Assembly: GCF_964194155.1 (NCBI RefSeq)
Contig: NC_135901.1
Location: forward strand, 8,184,001-8,248,000
Reading direction: 5' to 3'
Source: Cetorhinus maximus
Lineage: Eukaryota
DNA length: 64,000 bases
Each line of letters begins with the position of its first letter. The stretch's first letter is position 1. This document shows positions 61,695 to 64,000 of the stretch, piece by piece. The notes beneath the pieces are model-generated. The model was given only the letters and a program-made list of their open reading frames with translations, was not told the DNA's origin and did not search any database. The translations under genes were made by a program, and so were the position numbers.

Positions 61695-62152
61695 TAAAAA
61701 TAAACTTGCATTTATATAGCACCTTCCACCACCTCATGGAGTCTCAAAGTGTTCCACTGCCAATGAAACACTTTCTGAAATGTGGTCGCACTGTAGGAAA
61801 CGTGGCAACCAATTTGTGCATAGCAAGCTCCCACAGACGGCAATGGCCAGGGTGTCTGTTTTCACTGATGTTGATTGAGGGATAAATATCAGGCACCAGG
61901 ACACCAGGGGAGATCTCCTCCCCCTCCTGCTCTCCTTCCAATTGTGGCCATTGAATCTTTTACATACACCTGAGAGGGCAGACGGGGCTCTCGGGTTAAT
62001 GTCTCACTGGAAAGACGGTCTCTCTGTCAGGACTGCTCTCCCTCATAACTGGCACCGGAGGTGTCAACCGTGGATTCTGGGGGCTTGAGTCTCTGGGTTG
62101 GGGATTCGAACGCAGCACCTCCTGACTCAGAGGTAAGAGTGCGACCCACTGT
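61695..62152 (-). mobile_element. DeuSINE (SacSINE1-like), near full length with L2-type tail
   Basis: B box GTTCGAATCC, Deu-like domain, tail aggtgctatataaatgcaag; further tail fragments at about 55905-56115 and 57120-57210. Confidence 0.75.
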
Positions 62153-62501
62153 CATGCTGTGTTGAATAAAATCATCCAGCTGGTGTTCTAGAATGATGGA
62201 ATGGTTACAACACTGAAGAGAGGCTATTCAGCCCATTGTGTCTGTGCCAGCCCTCTGCAAGAGCAGCGAACATAGTGTCATTCTGCTATCTTTTCCACAT
62301 AACCCTGTCAATTTTTCCCCTTCAGATAATGATCCAATTTTCTGTTGAAAACCATGACTGAATCTTCCTCCAAGCCCTTTCATCCCTGGCACCATTCTAG
62401 TACATCTCCAATCCTCCCACTTCACCAGCTGTCAAAATGAACATGGTTCAGTCCTGGATGTAATTAACAGCAGCAATAACGGCAAAATCCAACCCCTGTA
62501 A

Positions 62502-63344
62502 TTACTTGTGAACTCGACGGTGTCTCAGCAGACTGGATAACTGACTGAAACCCTTCCCACACATAGAGCAGGTGAATGGCCTCTCACCAGTGTGAATTCG
62601 CTGGTGTCTCAGCAGGGTGGACGAATCTCTGAATCCCTTCCCACATTCAGAGCAGATGGACGGTCTCTCCCTGGTGTGAACTCGCTGATGCATCACCAGG
62701 TTGCATAACTGAATGAATCCTTTCCCACATCCAGAGCAAGTGAATGGCCTCTTCCCATTGTGAACACGTTGGTGTGTCTGCAGGTGGGATAGTTGAGTGA
62801 ATCCTTTCCCACAATCGGAACAGATGAAAGGCCTCTCCCCGGTGTGAACTCGCTGGTGTGTCAGCAGGTTGGATGACTGAGGGAATCCCTTCCCACATGT
62901 AGAGCAGATGAAAGGCTTCTCCCCAGTGTGAACCCGCTGGTGTGTCAGGAGGGCAGATGAATCGCTGAATCCCTTCCCACACTCAGGGCAGGTGAATGGC
63001 CTCTCCCTGGTGTGAACTCGCTGGTGCATCACCAGGTTGGATGACTGAGTGAATGCCTTCCCACACTCAGAGCAGATAAATGGCCTCTCCCCAGTGTGAA
63101 CTCGCTTGTGTGTCAGCAGGTGAGATGAATTACTGAATCCCTTCCCACATTCAGAGCAGACGAAAGGCCTCTCCCCGGAGTGAACTCGCTGGTGTTTCAG
63201 CAGGGTGGATGACTGAGTGAATGCTTTCCCACACTCAGAGCAGGTAAAAGGCCTCTCCCCAGTGTGAATGCGTTGATGAGTTTCCAGCGCAGATGGGGTG
63301 CAGAATCCCTTCCCACAGTCCCCACATTTGTATGGTTTCTCCAT
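62502..63344 (-). CDS. C2H2 zinc-finger protein, 10 fingers (unit 8, subfamily B; close paralog of unit 7)
   Basis: 280-aa ORF from ACCATGG; acceptor at 63723-63724; promoter presumably beyond the window. Confidence 0.92.
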   Translation of the reverse strand: MEKPYKCGDCGKGFCTPSALETHQRIHTGERPFTCSECGKAFTQSSTLLKHQRVHSGERPFVCSECGKGFSNSSHLLTHKRVHTGERPFICSECGKAFTQSSNLVMHQRVHTRERPFTCPECGKGFSDSSALLTHQRVHTGEKPFICSTCGKGFPQSSNLLTHQRVHTGERPFICSDCGKGFTQLSHLQTHQRVHNGKRPFTCSGCGKGFIQLCNLVMHQRVHTRERPSICSECGKGFRDSSTLLRHQRIHTGERPFTCSMCGKGFSQLSSLLRHRRVHK

Positions 63345-64000
63345 GGTGCAGGTGTCCTTGTGTCCTTCCAGGTTAACCGCTCAGTTGAAACCTCGTCTTC
63401 AAACAGAACATGTGTACAATCTCTCCCCGCTGTGAATGGCGTAATGTTGTTACAGACTGTATAACTGTTTAAAGCTCTTTTCACAGTCAGTGCACTGGAG
63501 CACTGTCACTCAGTTGTCTGTGTCTCATTGCTTTTCCAGTCACACTGATGCTTGAAATGTTTTCCCACAGACAGAACATTTTTCTGTCCCACAGACAGAA
63601 AATTTCTCCTTCCACATTCAAAGGGCTGATGATATTCAGGTCCTGATGAATCCAATAACTCTGTCAGATCTTGATGCGATATTTGGTTTGAGTTTCCCAG
63701 ATACAAGTCCTCTCCTAATATCCTGTAAAAGCAATTTACAAAAGTCATCATTGTCAGTGCAGGATAAAAATTCACAACACATAATTCTAGTTTCTATGGA
63801 ACATTCTTTCTCTCGTATTCCCCAGAAGCAGTAACTCCCTGTCCCTCCATTCTCACTCTGCTGTACCTCCGAAATCTCCCGAAGGTGCCATTTCATGCTG
63901 ATCAGCAGATCCATGTGCACTGCTTCCAGTCCAGGGCACAGGGGCCTTGGAAATCAATTTGCAGGCTATATATATATATGTATACATTACTGGATTTAAA

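Noticed and set aside
23179-63484. Alternative-frame and antisense ORFs over ZNF exons (WEGIH.., TLGRGHSPA..)
   Set aside because: Shadow frames of the 84-bp finger repeat.

Overview
Eukaryotic, repeat-rich DNA, most likely from a shark or other cartilaginous fish, judging by HER1/CR1-type LINEs, SacSINE1/DeuSINE-like SINEs and the ZNF style. The window is a cluster of KRAB-less tandem C2H2 zinc-finger genes: seven open single-coding-exon ORFs with 8-14 fingers, one broken copy and one short remnant, in two subfamilies built by segmental duplication. Six homologous CpG-island promoters carry NRF1/YY1/ZNF143-like or CCAAT/GC-box modules. Between the genes lie a Gmr1-like Gypsy remnant with its LTR and a related solo LTR, many CR1/L2/RTE/Tx1 fragments, SINEs, two tRNA relics and a 44-bp minisatellite. 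Most notable: (1) two families of short Penelope-derived inverted-repeat elements with minimal hammerhead-ribozyme-like motifs, one copy with a perfect 15-bp target-site duplication; (2) a Pro-containing N-terminal finger conserved in all eight ZNF copies; (3) odd start/stop usage, including start codons arising in finger linkers, a shared in-frame TAA and an ACG at the start position; (4) a promoter cassette inverted between paralogs. All calls are by eye and TE boundaries are approximate.
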